Assembly (NCBI GenBank): GCA_022843745.1
Contig: JALHNB010000002.1
Location: forward strand, 224,044 to 288,043
Length of the DNA: 64,000 nt
Origin: Anaerolineae bacterium
Lineage (GTDB): Bacteria; Chloroflexota; Anaerolineae; Aggregatilineales; Phototrophicaceae
Direction: 5' to 3'
The position numbers and the translations under genes are program-made. The notes beneath the pieces were generated by a model that saw only the letters and a program-made list of their open reading frames with translations, had not been told where the DNA came from and did not search any database. Of the stretch, positions 10,209 to 19,617 are shown piece after piece. Position 1 is the stretch's first letter, and each line of letters starts with the position of its first letter.

Positions 10209-10397
10209 ATCAATTCTCCTTCGCGCCCATATTGTAATCTGGCGCGGAATCCTTTAGCAACTACCACAGCAATTACCTGAATAACTCTAGGACAGAAGTC
10301 CCAATCCTGATTGATCGTTTACAAAAACTATGCTATTGTGAAATTTGTACATGTGACACAAGATGTCACGTTTTTATCTGCCTGGGGGAATCATTTC

Positions 10398-10760
10398 ATG
10401 TATACCGAAAATTCGCTGATGTTCCCGCATCGCGCTATTCCGTCGCTGCGGAAACTGCGCAGCTCAAAATGGCAATCGTTGGTCGAGCGCATCATGCGGC
10501 TGCCGGAATGCCACGAGGAAACCCTGGCCTTTATGCTCATGATGGTGCGCATCAACGGCTGCATGAGCTGCGAGACCGACAGCTACCGCGCGATGCGAGG
10601 TTGTGCCGCCTGCGCGGTGCAAACGCTGCGCCGCTATAAGGGCAATGACGACGAACTGATAAAGGCATTTGAAGAAGCTTTAGAGGATATTCGCAGTTTC
10701 GTGAACAGCAAACCTGCGGTCAGCATCGCAAAAATTGGCAATGTTATTGAAATTCTTTGA
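10398..10760 (+). CDS. Small Cys4 (CxxC...CxxC) protein, putative zinc-binding, unknown function
   Basis: CMSCETDSYRAMRGCAAC pair of CxxC motifs. Start placed at MYTENS. Confidence 0.45.
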   Translation: MYTENSLMFPHRAIPSLRKLRSSKWQSLVERIMRLPECHEETLAFMLMMVRINGCMSCETDSYRAMRGCAACAVQTLRRYKGNDDELIKAFEEALEDIRSFVNSKPAVSIAKIGNVIEIL

Positions 10761-10773
10761 GACATTTTTTTAA

Positions 10774-11607
10774 GTGAAGCTCTACGCCATCAGCGATTTG
10801 CATCTTTCACACGAAGTAAATCATCAAGCGCTGAACAAGATGCCGCCGCACCCCGAAGATTGGCTGATCGTGGCTGGAGATATAGGGGAAAAAGAAGAGC
10901 AACTGCTGTTTGCCCTGAAGCTGCTGACCGCGCGTTTCAAGCAGGTCGTTTGGGTTCCCGGCAACCACGACCTATGGACACTGCCTTCTGATAAAGCTGA
11001 CCTGCGCGGACAGGCGAAATATGATCGCCTTGTCGCCATCTGCCGCAGTTTTGGTGTATTGACACCTGAAGACCCCTATGCCGTCTGGACGGATAACGGT
11101 CAATCTTATCGGATCGCGCCGCTGTTCACGCTCTACGATTACAGCTTCCGGCCTGCCAATATTCCGCTTGAAAAAGCCGTCGAATGGGCAGCAGAAGCCA
11201 ATACCGTCGCCAGTGATGAATATATTTTGCATCCCGATCCCTATGCCTCCCGTGCGGATTGGTGCGCGGCGCGTTGTGCGTACACGGAGCAGCGTCTCTA
11301 TGAAGTGCAGGGGGATTTGCCGCTGATTCTGGTGAATCATTATCCCCTACGCGAAGATTTGCTACGGCTGAGGCGTATCCCGCGCTTTTCGCTGTGGTGT
11401 GGCACACATCGCACTGAAAATTGGCATGTGCGTTTCCAGGCAGCAGCGGTTGTTTACGGTCATCTGCATGTGCGCGGTTCGCATGTGCGCGATGGCGTTC
11501 GATTCGAGGAAGTTTCGCTGGGGTATCCGCGCGATTGGGACTCCGAAAAAGGTGCAATTGGCAGCTATTTGCGGCAAATTTTGCCTTTTGATCGAAATAT
11601 AACCTGA
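10774..11607 (+). CDS. Metallophosphoesterase (calcineurin-like phosphoesterase)
   Basis: DLHLSHE, GDIGE and VPGNHD motifs. GTG start. Confidence 0.8.
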   Translation: MKLYAISDLHLSHEVNHQALNKMPPHPEDWLIVAGDIGEKEEQLLFALKLLTARFKQVVWVPGNHDLWTLPSDKADLRGQAKYDRLVAICRSFGVLTPEDPYAVWTDNGQSYRIAPLFTLYDYSFRPANIPLEKAVEWAAEANTVASDEYILHPDPYASRADWCAARCAYTEQRLYEVQGDLPLILVNHYPLREDLLRLRRIPRFSLWCGTHRTENWHVRFQAAAVVYGHLHVRGSHVRDGVRFEEVSLGYPRDWDSEKGAIGSYLRQILPFDRNIT

Positions 11608-11632
11608 ATTGCTTAAAGGCCACCTGATATTA

Positions 11633-11662
11633 CCTTGCAACGCCTCAAGAGTGTATGCTATA
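11633..11662 (+). promoter_or_regulatory. Sigma-70-like promoter for the infC operon
   Basis: TTGCAA followed by 18 nt then TATAAT. It is followed by a structured leader containing the perfect 14-nt palindrome AGCGGTTAACCGCT at 11714-11727. Confidence 0.45.
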
Positions 11663-11831
11663 ATCCCCTAACATTGCGCACAGCCTGCGCGCAATTCAGC
11701 GCTCCGCTTAGACAGCGGTTAACCGCTTTCAGTTGAAAATTCCATCCTTTTGCGAATAGGTCACTGGGAGTGAACAGTTTGGTGCGCTGTATTATTAAAT
11801 TGCCAAATTAATTAGAGAGGGTAATAAAGCT

Positions 11832-12365
11832 ATCAGCACCTCAGAATTTCGTATCAATGAACAGATACGCGCTCGCGAAGTTCGTGTGATTATCGCCGTA
11901 GATGAGAAGCAAGAGAATCTCGGTGTCATGTCGCTCAACGATGCCCTGGGCATGGCTGAATCGAAGGGGATGGACTTGGTCGAGGTTTCGCCCAATGCCA
12001 AGCCGCCTGTATGCCGGATCATGGACTACGGCAAGTTTCAGTATGAGCGCCAGCGACGAGAGCGTAAGGCGCGCAAGCAGCAGAAAACGGTTGAAGTCAA
12101 AGAAATTCAGTTGCGTCCAAAAACGGATGATCATCATCTGGGTTTCAAAGTCCGAGATGCGCGCAAGTGGATTGAAGACGGAATCAAGGTGCGTGTCCGC
12201 GTGCGTTTTCGTGGACGTGAGCGAGATTACCCGGATATTGCGCGGGCGCGTTTGCAGAATATTGCTGATGAATTAAAAGAAGTAGCGGTGGTGGAACAAG
12301 CTCCCAGCCTGGAAGGATCGACCATGCTGATGATCCTGGCTCCCGCTGCTGATAAGAAAAAGTAA
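11832..12365 (+). CDS. infC: Translation initiation factor IF-3
   Basis: Conserved N-terminus (...EFRINEQIRAREVRVI...) lies upstream of the track's GTG and is in frame. The real start is likely a non-AUG codon (ATC/ATT near 11808-11832), as is typical for infC. Confidence 0.85.
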   Translation: MSTSEFRINEQIRAREVRVIIAVDEKQENLGVMSLNDALGMAESKGMDLVEVSPNAKPPVCRIMDYGKFQYERQRRERKARKQQKTVEVKEIQLRPKTDDHHLGFKVRDARKWIEDGIKVRVRVRFRGRERDYPDIARARLQNIADELKEVAVVEQAPSLEGSTMLMILAPAADKKK

Positions 12366-12379
12366 CACTGGAGAAAATC

Positions 12380-12625
12380 GTGGCTAAGGCTAAAACCAAG
12401 AAATATAAACTCAAGACGCATAAGGCAACTGCCAAGCGTTTTCGCATGACAGGGACAGGGAAGGTCATGCGTACCAAAGGTGGCAAGAGCCATTTGCGCC
12501 GACGCACCTCGAAGCGTACAAAGGCGAAACTGTCCAAGATGTTGGTAGTCAGCCCCAGCGAGGTCAAACGTATTAAGACGCTTGCTCCTTATCTGGGACG
12601 TTATAGGGCCAATCCGCCCGCCTAA
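12380..12625 (+). CDS. rpmI: 50S ribosomal protein L35
   Basis: KLKTHKATAKRFRMTGTGKV...RRR basic protein in the canonical infC-rpmI-rplT order. Confidence 0.85.
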   Translation: MAKAKTKKYKLKTHKATAKRFRMTGTGKVMRTKGGKSHLRRRTSKRTKAKLSKMLVVSPSEVKRIKTLAPYLGRYRANPPA

Positions 12626-12702
12626 AAATGGGCTGTTTTTTCTGTTAAAGAATGACGCCCAGGGCGAGCGCTCTGGGTGTTTGTTGTTCGGAGTATGGGA
12701 AC

Positions 12703-13059
12703 ATGGCAAGAACAAAAACTGGGTTTACACGGCGTCATCGCCATAAGAAAATTATCAATATGGTCAAGGGCCAGTGGGGGACGCGCGGACGTTTGTTCCG
12801 CCGATCCAACGAGGCCATGCTCAAGAGTTTGTGGTATTCCTACCGTGATCGCCGCGCCCGCGCCCGCGATATGCGCCGTCTGTGGATCGTGCGTATCAAT
12901 GCCGCCTCGCGCATTAACGGTTTGAGCTACAGCCGCTTTATCTACGGCTTGAAACAAGCAAATGTCGAGATTGACCGCAAAATGCTGGCTGACATCGCTG
13001 TCCGTGATGCCGCCACCTTTGCAAAACTGGCCGCTTTGAGCCAGATGAATCAGGGATAA
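12703..13059 (+). CDS. rplT: 50S ribosomal protein L20
   Basis: [17 protein letters not shown]...[21 protein letters not shown] is the classic L20 sequence. Confidence 0.9.
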   Translation: MARTKTGFTRRHRHKKIINMVKGQWGTRGRLFRRSNEAMLKSLWYSYRDRRARARDMRRLWIVRINAASRINGLSYSRFIYGLKQANVEIDRKMLADIAVRDAATFAKLAALSQMNQG

Positions 13060-13116
13060 GCCAAAAGCTTTCAGCGATCAGCCGACAGCTTTCAGCTAAA
13101 TCTTTTCAGATATATT

Positions 13117-13148
13117 GATAACCATGAGGATACATTTGTGTCCTCTTT
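13117..13148 (+). terminator. Rho-independent terminator after rplT
   Basis: gaggatacatttgtgtcctc stem followed by tttttt. Confidence 0.6.
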
Positions 13149-13210
13149 TTTGATTCAGGTCGAAATTCCGTACAATAATGCGGATCGCCGACTGCTGAAA
13201 GCTGACCACC

Positions 13211-13963
13211 TTGATAACAAGCACACAAAATAATCGCGTCAAACTGGTCGCGGCGCTGCAAACGCAGGCCAAAACCCGCCGCAAAGAGGGCAAGATCGCT
13301 CTGGAAGGGGCGCGGCTGGTTCGCGATGCAATTGTCACTGGTCATACTGCCGATTTTATTCTCTACACGGCGCATAATGAAAATCTGATCGCTGATTTGC
13401 CAATTGGCGGTACCGAAATGCTCCTCGTGAGCGATGAAGTGATGCGGCACGTCAGCGACACGCAGCAGCCGCCGGGGATTATCGGCGTTTTTCCGATGCC
13501 TGCGCCAAAACTGCCATCGTCACCTCAGCGTGTGCTGATTCTGGATGCGATTCGTGACCCCGGCAATATGGGGACGATTTTACGCACAGCAGCGGCGGCG
13601 GGTGTCCAGGTGACGATTCTCTCGCCTGATTGTGTTGACCCGTATAACCCGAAGGCGCTTCGCTCCGGGATGGGGGCGCATTTTCGTGTGCCACTGGTTG
13701 AGATGTCATGGGAAGAAATCGCGGCGTATGTTGCGTCGCTGCGGGTTTATCTGGCGGATAGTCATGGCGATATGCGCTACAACGAGGCGGATTGGTCGGC
13801 AGGTTGGGCGCTCATTATCGGGAGCGAGGCACACGGCGCGGGTGAGCAAGCCGCGAAACTCGCCTCGGCGCGTGTCTATATCCCAATGGCGGCTGAAACA
13901 GAATCGATCAATGCGGCGATGGCGGCGGGGGTGATTTTGTTCGAGGCGAGTCGTCAGGCATGA
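13211..13963 (+). CDS. TrmH/SpoU-family RNA 2'-O-methyltransferase
   Basis: SPOUT motifs (DAIRDPGNMGTILRTAAAAG, ALIIGSEAHG, ESINAAMAAGVILFE). TTG start. Confidence 0.8.
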   Translation: MITSTQNNRVKLVAALQTQAKTRRKEGKIALEGARLVRDAIVTGHTADFILYTAHNENLIADLPIGGTEMLLVSDEVMRHVSDTQQPPGIIGVFPMPAPKLPSSPQRVLILDAIRDPGNMGTILRTAAAAGVQVTILSPDCVDPYNPKALRSGMGAHFRVPLVEMSWEEIAAYVASLRVYLADSHGDMRYNEADWSAGWALIIGSEAHGAGEQAAKLASARVYIPMAAETESINAAMAAGVILFEASRQA

Positions 13964-14562
13964 AGCGGCTGTTTTTGATTCAATGCACGATCATCCCGCT
14001 GCTGGTTGGGCTGATTTTTGTCTCAATCGTGTTTGGAAGTTATGTAAACGGCGCATTGTTTCAATTAGGTCGCTCAGAAGCCTGTCCGCTGCCTTGTTGG
14101 AATGGCATTCGTACTGGCGAAATGTCGGTAGACGCTGCGAATCACATTCTGTTCAGCCAGGGCTACGAGATGCAAAATTCGATGACGGATCGAAATCATA
14201 ACTTCTATATCTCGCCTACCGGAAGCCGCTGCACCGTAGAGTTAGGACATCAGGTAGCGCGGGTGATCGAAACCCACCTCTCAGACTGCCCAAATCTGCG
14301 GCTGGGTGACGTGATCGCGGCGCTCGGTCAGCCGGAGAGCCTGCTGCCACACTCGCTGACATTCCGGTTTGCGCGTGGTATGGCACACCTTCGTTTGCGT
14401 ATCGACCCCTGTGTGGATCGGCTGACGGCTTTTTCCGAGGTGATGTTTGTGCGCTTCTCGCGGATGCCGGATACTTCGCCTTACGAAGTCCCCTGGCAGG
14501 GTTTTATCCCCGCGTGGCGCTATGAGCATCTTTATTCCAATACCGTGCCGCTGGTGTGCTGA
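13960..14562 (+). CDS. Hypothetical membrane-anchored protein
   Basis: 200-aa ORF with an N-terminal TM helix. ATGA overlap with the upstream gene. No recognisable domain. Confidence 0.4.
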   Translation: MKRLFLIQCTIIPLLVGLIFVSIVFGSYVNGALFQLGRSEACPLPCWNGIRTGEMSVDAANHILFSQGYEMQNSMTDRNHNFYISPTGSRCTVELGHQVARVIETHLSDCPNLRLGDVIAALGQPESLLPHSLTFRFARGMAHLRLRIDPCVDRLTAFSEVMFVRFSRMPDTSPYEVPWQGFIPAWRYEHLYSNTVPLVC

Positions 14563-14598
14563 GTAATGATATACTGAACTTAGAAATAAGGAGTATGA

Positions 14599-14823
14599 AT
14601 GATGGCTGACTTGCAAGCACTATTTCATGCAGTGGATGAACTGTCTCCCGAAGACCTCAAACAGCTTTACAAGTACATTTTGGAGAATCGAATTGAATTT
14701 GTAGATCGGCAGGCGACTTCACAAACGCCGCGTACTCTCGGTTTGCACGCGCATTTGGGGAAAGCTTGGATGAGCGACGATTTCCGAGACGAATTGCCGG
14801 ATGATTCTCTACCCTATCAATAA
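14599..14823 (+). CDS. Small antitoxin-like protein (DUF2281-like C-terminal GKxWMSDDF-D-LPD motif)
   Basis: 74 aa. The C-terminal ...LGKAWMSDDFRDELPDD resembles the conserved tail of a family of small antitoxin-like proteins usually paired with PIN toxins. An AAGGAG RBS is present. Confidence 0.5.
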   Translation: MMADLQALFHAVDELSPEDLKQLYKYILENRIEFVDRQATSQTPRTLGLHAHLGKAWMSDDFRDELPDDSLPYQ

Positions 14824-15458
14824 TGAGCGACGAAACTCTGACCCTCTACCGTCCTGTGGGCCTTCGCGAAATGGAATTGATTTTGCAGGCCGATTCAAAA
14901 GCATTTCCGCCACGCTTACCGCATCAGCCAATTTTTTACCCGGTGCTGAATTTTGAGTATGCCGAGCAAATCGCGCGGGACTGGAATACCAAAGACGAAA
15001 AATCGGGCTTTGCCGGATTCGTGACTGAATTTGAAGTCGATAAAGTCTATGCCAGCCAGTTTGAAATTCACACCGTTGGCGGTTCGACTCACCGTGAATT
15101 GTGGGTGCGTGCCGAAGAACTTGCGACATTCAATCAGCATATTCGAGGCGGTATACAGTTAAAAGCGGCGTATTACAGTGAGGGCTATAAAGGCATCAAG
15201 CATCGTCACATGAATTGGTATGCTGATGAAATGTTTGAAAAATTGTACATAACAGCGTACTTAAGCTCAGATTTTTACTGGGAGATAATAGTCAACCGTA
15301 ATGCAATCTTTTTGAATTTTTCGTATTGGGCGACGCACGATATGAGCCGGTTTGTTCTCTATGAGGGAGAGCAAACTCGCTTCCTGAAAAAACTAGAGGA
15401 TATCTGGAAATGGAGATTCCCTGATATACCCCTTTTAGGCAGTGATTTACTCAAATAA
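14823..15458 (+). CDS. Unknown 211-aa protein, translationally coupled to the upstream small protein (candidate toxin)
   Basis: Its start overlaps the upstream stop (TAATG). There is no PIN motif. Sequence MSDETLTLYRPVGLREMELI...GGSTHREL...LYEGEQ is unrecognised. Confidence 0.55.
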   Translation: MSDETLTLYRPVGLREMELILQADSKAFPPRLPHQPIFYPVLNFEYAEQIARDWNTKDEKSGFAGFVTEFEVDKVYASQFEIHTVGGSTHRELWVRAEELATFNQHIRGGIQLKAAYYSEGYKGIKHRHMNWYADEMFEKLYITAYLSSDFYWEIIVNRNAIFLNFSYWATHDMSRFVLYEGEQTRFLKKLEDIWKWRFPDIPLLGSDLLK

Positions 15459-15502
15459 AAAGCGGATCGTCTGACCCGCTTTTCCTCGTTTTAAGCTGAA
15501 AT

Positions 15503-15530
15503 GCTGACCGCTGACCGCTGACCGCTGACA
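15503..15530. repeat. Heptamer tandem repeat (GCTGACC)x3.5 immediately 3' of lpdA; a second copy lies at 41289-41306 3' of the BCCP gene
   Basis: gctgaccgctgaccgctgaccgctgaca at 15503-15530; ggctgaccgctgaccgct at about 41289-41306. Both lie just beyond stop codons of minus-strand genes. Confidence 0.5.
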
Positions 15531-15536
15531 AGCTAC

Positions 15537-16940
15537 CTACATATTCAGCATATGGCCTTCAAGACCATGCGCGGCTTCTTTGATCGCCTCAGTCAGCGTG
15601 GGGTGCGAATGGACGTTACGCGCGATCTCGTTCGGTGTCAGTTCCCACATCTGCGCCAGCGTCAATTCCGGCAGCAGTTCGGTCACATCCGGGCCGATCA
15701 GGTGTGCGCCCAAAATTTCGCCGTATTTCTTGTCGCTGATGAGCTTCACCCAGCCGACGTTATCACCCAACCCAAGCGCCTTGCCGTTGACCTGGAAGGG
15801 GAATTTGGCGACATTGATGTCATAGCCCAGCTTGCGTGCCTGGACTTCGGTGTAGCCAAAGCTGGCGATTTGCGGCTGGCAGTAAGTGGCGTGCGGCATC
15901 ATGTCAAAGTTGAGTACGACAGTTTCCGCACCAGCGATATTTTCTGCCGCGACCACGCCCATGACTTCGGCTACGTGTGCCAGCATGACTTTGGCGGTGA
16001 CATCACCGATGGCGTAGATATTGGGGATGTTGGTCTGCATTTTTTCGTTGATGTCAATCGCGCCGCGATCCGTCAGTTTCACGCCTGTTTTCTCCAGGCC
16101 ATAGCCTTCGGTGCGGGGTTTGAAGCCAATGGCCTGCATGACCTTATCGGTTTCCAAAACCTGCTGCTTACCGTCCGGCGGTGTCACCGTGACCTTCACG
16201 CTTTTCCCGGTGTCCTCGATCTTTTCGACCTTTGTGCCGATCATGATCTTGATGCCGTTCTTCTCGTAAATCTTGTGCAGTTCCGCAGAAATTTCCTCGT
16301 CTTCCAGTGGCACGACGCGATCCAGGAACTCGACAATCGTCACATCCACGCCATAATTGCTGAGGATATAAGCGAATTCCACGCCAATCGCACCAGCCCC
16401 AGCGATAATCATGCTCTTGGGCAGCTTGTCCTCCATGATTTGTTCTTCATAGGTGACAACGCGCTCGCTCAATTTTGTGCCGGGGATCAGACGGGTTGTC
16501 GCACCTGTCGCGATGATGCAGTTTTTGAAGGTGAGCGTCTCGGTTTTACCATCGTTGAGCGCCACATCAATATTGTGCGCGTCTTTGAAGGTCGCCCAGC
16601 CGTCATAGGAATCGACTTTGTTCTTCTTCATCAGGAACTGCACGCCCTTGACCAGACGGCTCGATACCTGGCGGCTGCGCTTGAAAGCTGCACCATAATC
16701 ATATTCAACCTTACCCTCGACATTGATGCCAAATGTTTTGGCTTCTTTGCTGAAGATATGCACCAGCTCGGCGTTACGCAGCAGCGCTTTTGAGGGGATA
16801 CAGCCGACGTTCAGGCAGACACCGCCCCAGTATTGCTTTTCGATAATCGCAGTTTTCAGCCCAAGCTGGCTCGCGCGAACTGCCGCGATATACCCGCCTG
16901 GCCCCGCGCCTACTACGACGAGATCGTATTCTTTCGCCAT
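15537..16940 (-). CDS. lpdA: Dihydrolipoyl dehydrogenase (E3)
   Basis: [30 protein letters not shown]-binding motif, redox [10 protein letters not shown], and a C-terminal HPTLTE motif. The track ORF carries a spurious 39-codon N-terminal extension. Confidence 0.9.
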   Translation of the reverse strand: MAKEYDLVVVGAGPGGYIAAVRASQLGLKTAIIEKQYWGGVCLNVGCIPSKALLRNAELVHIFSKEAKTFGINVEGKVEYDYGAAFKRSRQVSSRLVKGVQFLMKKNKVDSYDGWATFKDAHNIDVALNDGKTETLTFKNCIIATGATTRLIPGTKLSERVVTYEEQIMEDKLPKSMIIAGAGAIGVEFAYILSNYGVDVTIVEFLDRVVPLEDEEISAELHKIYEKNGIKIMIGTKVEKIEDTGKSVKVTVTPPDGKQQVLETDKVMQAIGFKPRTEGYGLEKTGVKLTDRGAIDINEKMQTNIPNIYAIGDVTAKVMLAHVAEVMGVVAAENIAGAETVVLNFDMMPHATYCQPQIASFGYTEVQARKLGYDINVAKFPFQVNGKALGLGDNVGWVKLISDKKYGEILGAHLIGPDVTELLPELTLAQMWELTPNEIARNVHSHPTLTEAIKEAAHGLEGHMLNM

Positions 16941-17084
16941 GAGATTCTCCGTATGGTTTGTCAGGGATTGCCCTGTGAGAGCCTGTATACAATATAGACG
17001 GCTTGTGTATGCTAGATTATACACAAGCCGCCTTAGTTTAACGTATATACGGGTCACTTGACCAGCAACAACCGGATTCTGGGG

Positions 17085-18920
17085 TTATTCCGAACTCCTA
17101 ACAAGCTTAAGCGGAACTTGTGATTCAACCAGCCAGTTCAGAATGACAGCATCCTGTGACGACACCGTTATCATGTAAGTGCTCGAATCAACCTCGTTAC
17201 TGTTTGGCAACCGGAGAACACCTGCGCCTTGAATGACGTTCTGCTCAACCAGCCGAGGCTGTTCTGTCAATGTTGCAGGCGTTGTCGCTGGAAAGTTCGG
17301 GTCAATATCAACAAAAAGCAAACTCGCAACAATATCGATCTTATCTCCTCTTTCCAGCGAATAATCAAATTGAATTTGCCGGTTGGGAACGATTATCCCC
17401 AGCCATCCCATCGGTATAATTCCACTTCCATTTTGATATTGAATAGGCCGTGCGATAGGCGACAATTGGTTCCTTAAAATTGGCTGCCAGCGAGGGGTAT
17501 CCTGAATCAGATATAGACCCTCAAAATCGTTGGCATCTGAGATGGCCTCATTCGGTACAGAATTTATCGACCAGTAAACGGTTGTAATCATATCTATATC
17601 AATTTGCGTCCCTGCCGCCAGATTTTCACGAGCAATGACGACAGGTTGCAAATTGGTCGGCGGGAACAGGGTTGTATCCATCTTAAAAACTTCGAGTGCG
17701 TCACAGGCCGGGCAGCTTCCATCCGGGCGTATCATCGCATAGCCCGCGAACGGTGCTGCATCATATTCGGTGAAATCGACATTCCAGACGATCATAAGCT
17801 GTACTTTTCCGCTTACCGCCGCCAGACGAACTGCCTGAGCCAGCCATGCGGCCTGTTGCCCAACCGTGACATTTTCCGCCCAGGCAAACGGCGCTGGAAG
17901 GGCTGGTAGGTCGTCATCGGTCAGATAGCCAAGCGAGGTAAAACACAGCGGCTTTTGCGCACCTGTTATCTCTTGGTAAGCTGCGACCATGCCGCCGAAA
18001 TAGCGCGTGTAGTAGTTATCGCGGGGATCGCCGCTTGTTTTGCCCGTCGGAACAACGCCTTCCACGTACTGCACGCCCACACAGTCCAGATATTCCAGCC
18101 CACCGCTTTCGACCACTTCGCGCAGCCAGCGATCATCGTTCATCACCTGTCCGGGGAAGGCTGATTCTGCTCCGGTGGGCGCAGGTGCAGCACTGATAAC
18201 CAGCGTATCGGGATTCGCTAATTTGATGGTCTCATAAGCCTGCCGCAGCAGATCAACATACGCAGCCCCGCTTATTTCTCCCCTCGGCCAACTGCGATCA
18301 ATATTCGGCTCTACCCAGACTTCAATCGCGTCCGCACCCGATGCAGCCGCTTCCGCTAGCCAATTAAGATAACCGTTGAAATATTCCTCTTGCTTTAATT
18401 CAGTAGGGCTTCCAGGCAAGGTGAGGAGAATTTTGAAATTATTGTCATGAGCATCCTTGATAGCTCTCTGAAGTGGCTCAATTTTTGTTTCCATCCCGTA
18501 TCCTTCTTGATATTTCATCCAGGTCATACCGGAGCGCTGCATGGCTGAAATGGTCTGGTCGCTGTAGGTGTTGAAAACTTGACCGCCGTACTCGAATGAC
18601 GATTGAAATGAGATCACCCTATCCGTTGCTTGCGCGCCCATAATCGGCTGTGAAGATGGAGCGCTGCGGAAAACGAGGACGCTGCTGACGAGAATCAGTG
18701 CCAGAACAGCCGCCGCTAACGTTAAAGGTAGTTTTGAAACAGGCCGAACAGGGGCATTTTGAATGTGAATCATATCGTTTTTTCTCTCATGCTTCTCGGT
18801 ATAAAGTTCGAGCATCAGGCGATCTTCAAGCTGGCGCTCAAATTCAGGATTCGCCTGCGGTGTGCTTGCCACCAGATCGTCGATGAGTGCATCATTTACT
18901 GGCTGATGATTTTCTTTCAT
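17085..18920 (-). CDS. Anti-sigma factor-like membrane protein with a large extracytoplasmic glycoside-hydrolase-like (TIM-barrel) domain
   Basis: Short cytoplasmic N-terminus, then one TM helix (LPLTLAAAVLALILVSSVLVF), then about 500 aa with GH-like motifs (EVWVEPNI, YLDCVGVQY). ATGA overlap with the upstream ECF sigma gene. Confidence 0.65.
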   Translation of the reverse strand: MKENHQPVNDALIDDLVASTPQANPEFERQLEDRLMLELYTEKHERKNDMIHIQNAPVRPVSKLPLTLAAAVLALILVSSVLVFRSAPSSQPIMGAQATDRVISFQSSFEYGGQVFNTYSDQTISAMQRSGMTWMKYQEGYGMETKIEPLQRAIKDAHDNNFKILLTLPGSPTELKQEEYFNGYLNWLAEAAASGADAIEVWVEPNIDRSWPRGEISGAAYVDLLRQAYETIKLANPDTLVISAAPAPTGAESAFPGQVMNDDRWLREVVESGGLEYLDCVGVQYVEGVVPTGKTSGDPRDNYYTRYFGGMVAAYQEITGAQKPLCFTSLGYLTDDDLPALPAPFAWAENVTVGQQAAWLAQAVRLAAVSGKVQLMIVWNVDFTEYDAAPFAGYAMIRPDGSCPACDALEVFKMDTTLFPPTNLQPVVIARENLAAGTQIDIDMITTVYWSINSVPNEAISDANDFEGLYLIQDTPRWQPILRNQLSPIARPIQYQNGSGIIPMGWLGIIVPNRQIQFDYSLERGDKIDIVASLLFVDIDPNFPATTPATLTEQPRLVEQNVIQGAGVLRLPNSNEVDSSTYMITVSSQDAVILNWLVESQVPLKLVRSSE

Positions 18921-19480
18921 GATTCATGTTCCTTTTCCGGCTCATACTGGCTGCGCAGGTCATCCAGTGCGCGTGAGAGATGCGAGGCAACCGTGCGCTC
19001 ATCCAGATTAAGCACAGCGGCGATTTCCTGATTGCGCAGCCCGGCGAAAAATCTGAGGGTGATAATTTCCTGACGGCGTGGCGGCAGGGCTGTAATAAGC
19101 GCAAAAAGATGCGCGAAATTTTCACGGCGTACCAGTGCTTGATCGGGAGAGAGCATATCACCAGGAATATCGGGGATTTCATCGAGCGAAATTTGCTGGT
19201 TGACCTGCTGCTCACGATAAAACTGGTTAACCTGATTGTGCGCAATGCGGAACAGCCACGCTGCGAATGAGCCTGCGCCGCGATATTCGAAACGCTTTAG
19301 CCCTTCGACAACTTTGATGAATACTTCCGCGACAACATCTTCAGCATCCTGCCTGCGCCCCACGCGATAGGCCACATAAGCGTACACGCGCGGAAAATAA
19401 TGTCGGTAAAGCTGACGAAAGGCTTCCGGCTCGGTATGAATTTGTTGGAGTAAAGCACGTTCGTTATCAAGTTCCGGCAT
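18917..19480 (-). CDS. ECF (sigma-70 family group 4) RNA polymerase sigma factor
   Basis: Region 2 (FRQLYRHYFPRVYAYVAYRVGRRQDAEDVVAEVFIKV) and region 4 (LPPRRQEIITLRFFAGLRNQEIAAVLNLDERTVASHLSRA). Start placed at MPELDNE. Confidence 0.85.
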   Translation of the reverse strand: MPELDNERALLQQIHTEPEAFRQLYRHYFPRVYAYVAYRVGRRQDAEDVVAEVFIKVVEGLKRFEYRGAGSFAAWLFRIAHNQVNQFYREQQVNQQISLDEIPDIPGDMLSPDQALVRRENFAHLFALITALPPRRQEIITLRFFAGLRNQEIAAVLNLDERTVASHLSRALDDLRSQYEPEKEHES

Positions 19481-19617
19481 CGTGTTCACTTTGAATACTG
19501 TTCTGCATACTAAAACGTATTTTCGCGCGAAATACTGCACGGGAAATAAAAACGGCGAGTAAAAAATAACTCGCCGCTTACGTTTGATAAATTGAACTTC
19601 AACAATCCTGATGGCGC

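Noticed and set aside
15552-16793. 413-aa ORF on the plus strand
   Set aside because: It lies entirely antisense to lpdA, is Arg/His-rich with low complexity, and has no motif. Typical GC-rich antisense artefact. The same reasoning applies to 5393-6223, 27582-28265, 31863-32678, 34654-35571, 41807-42706 and 43907-44875.
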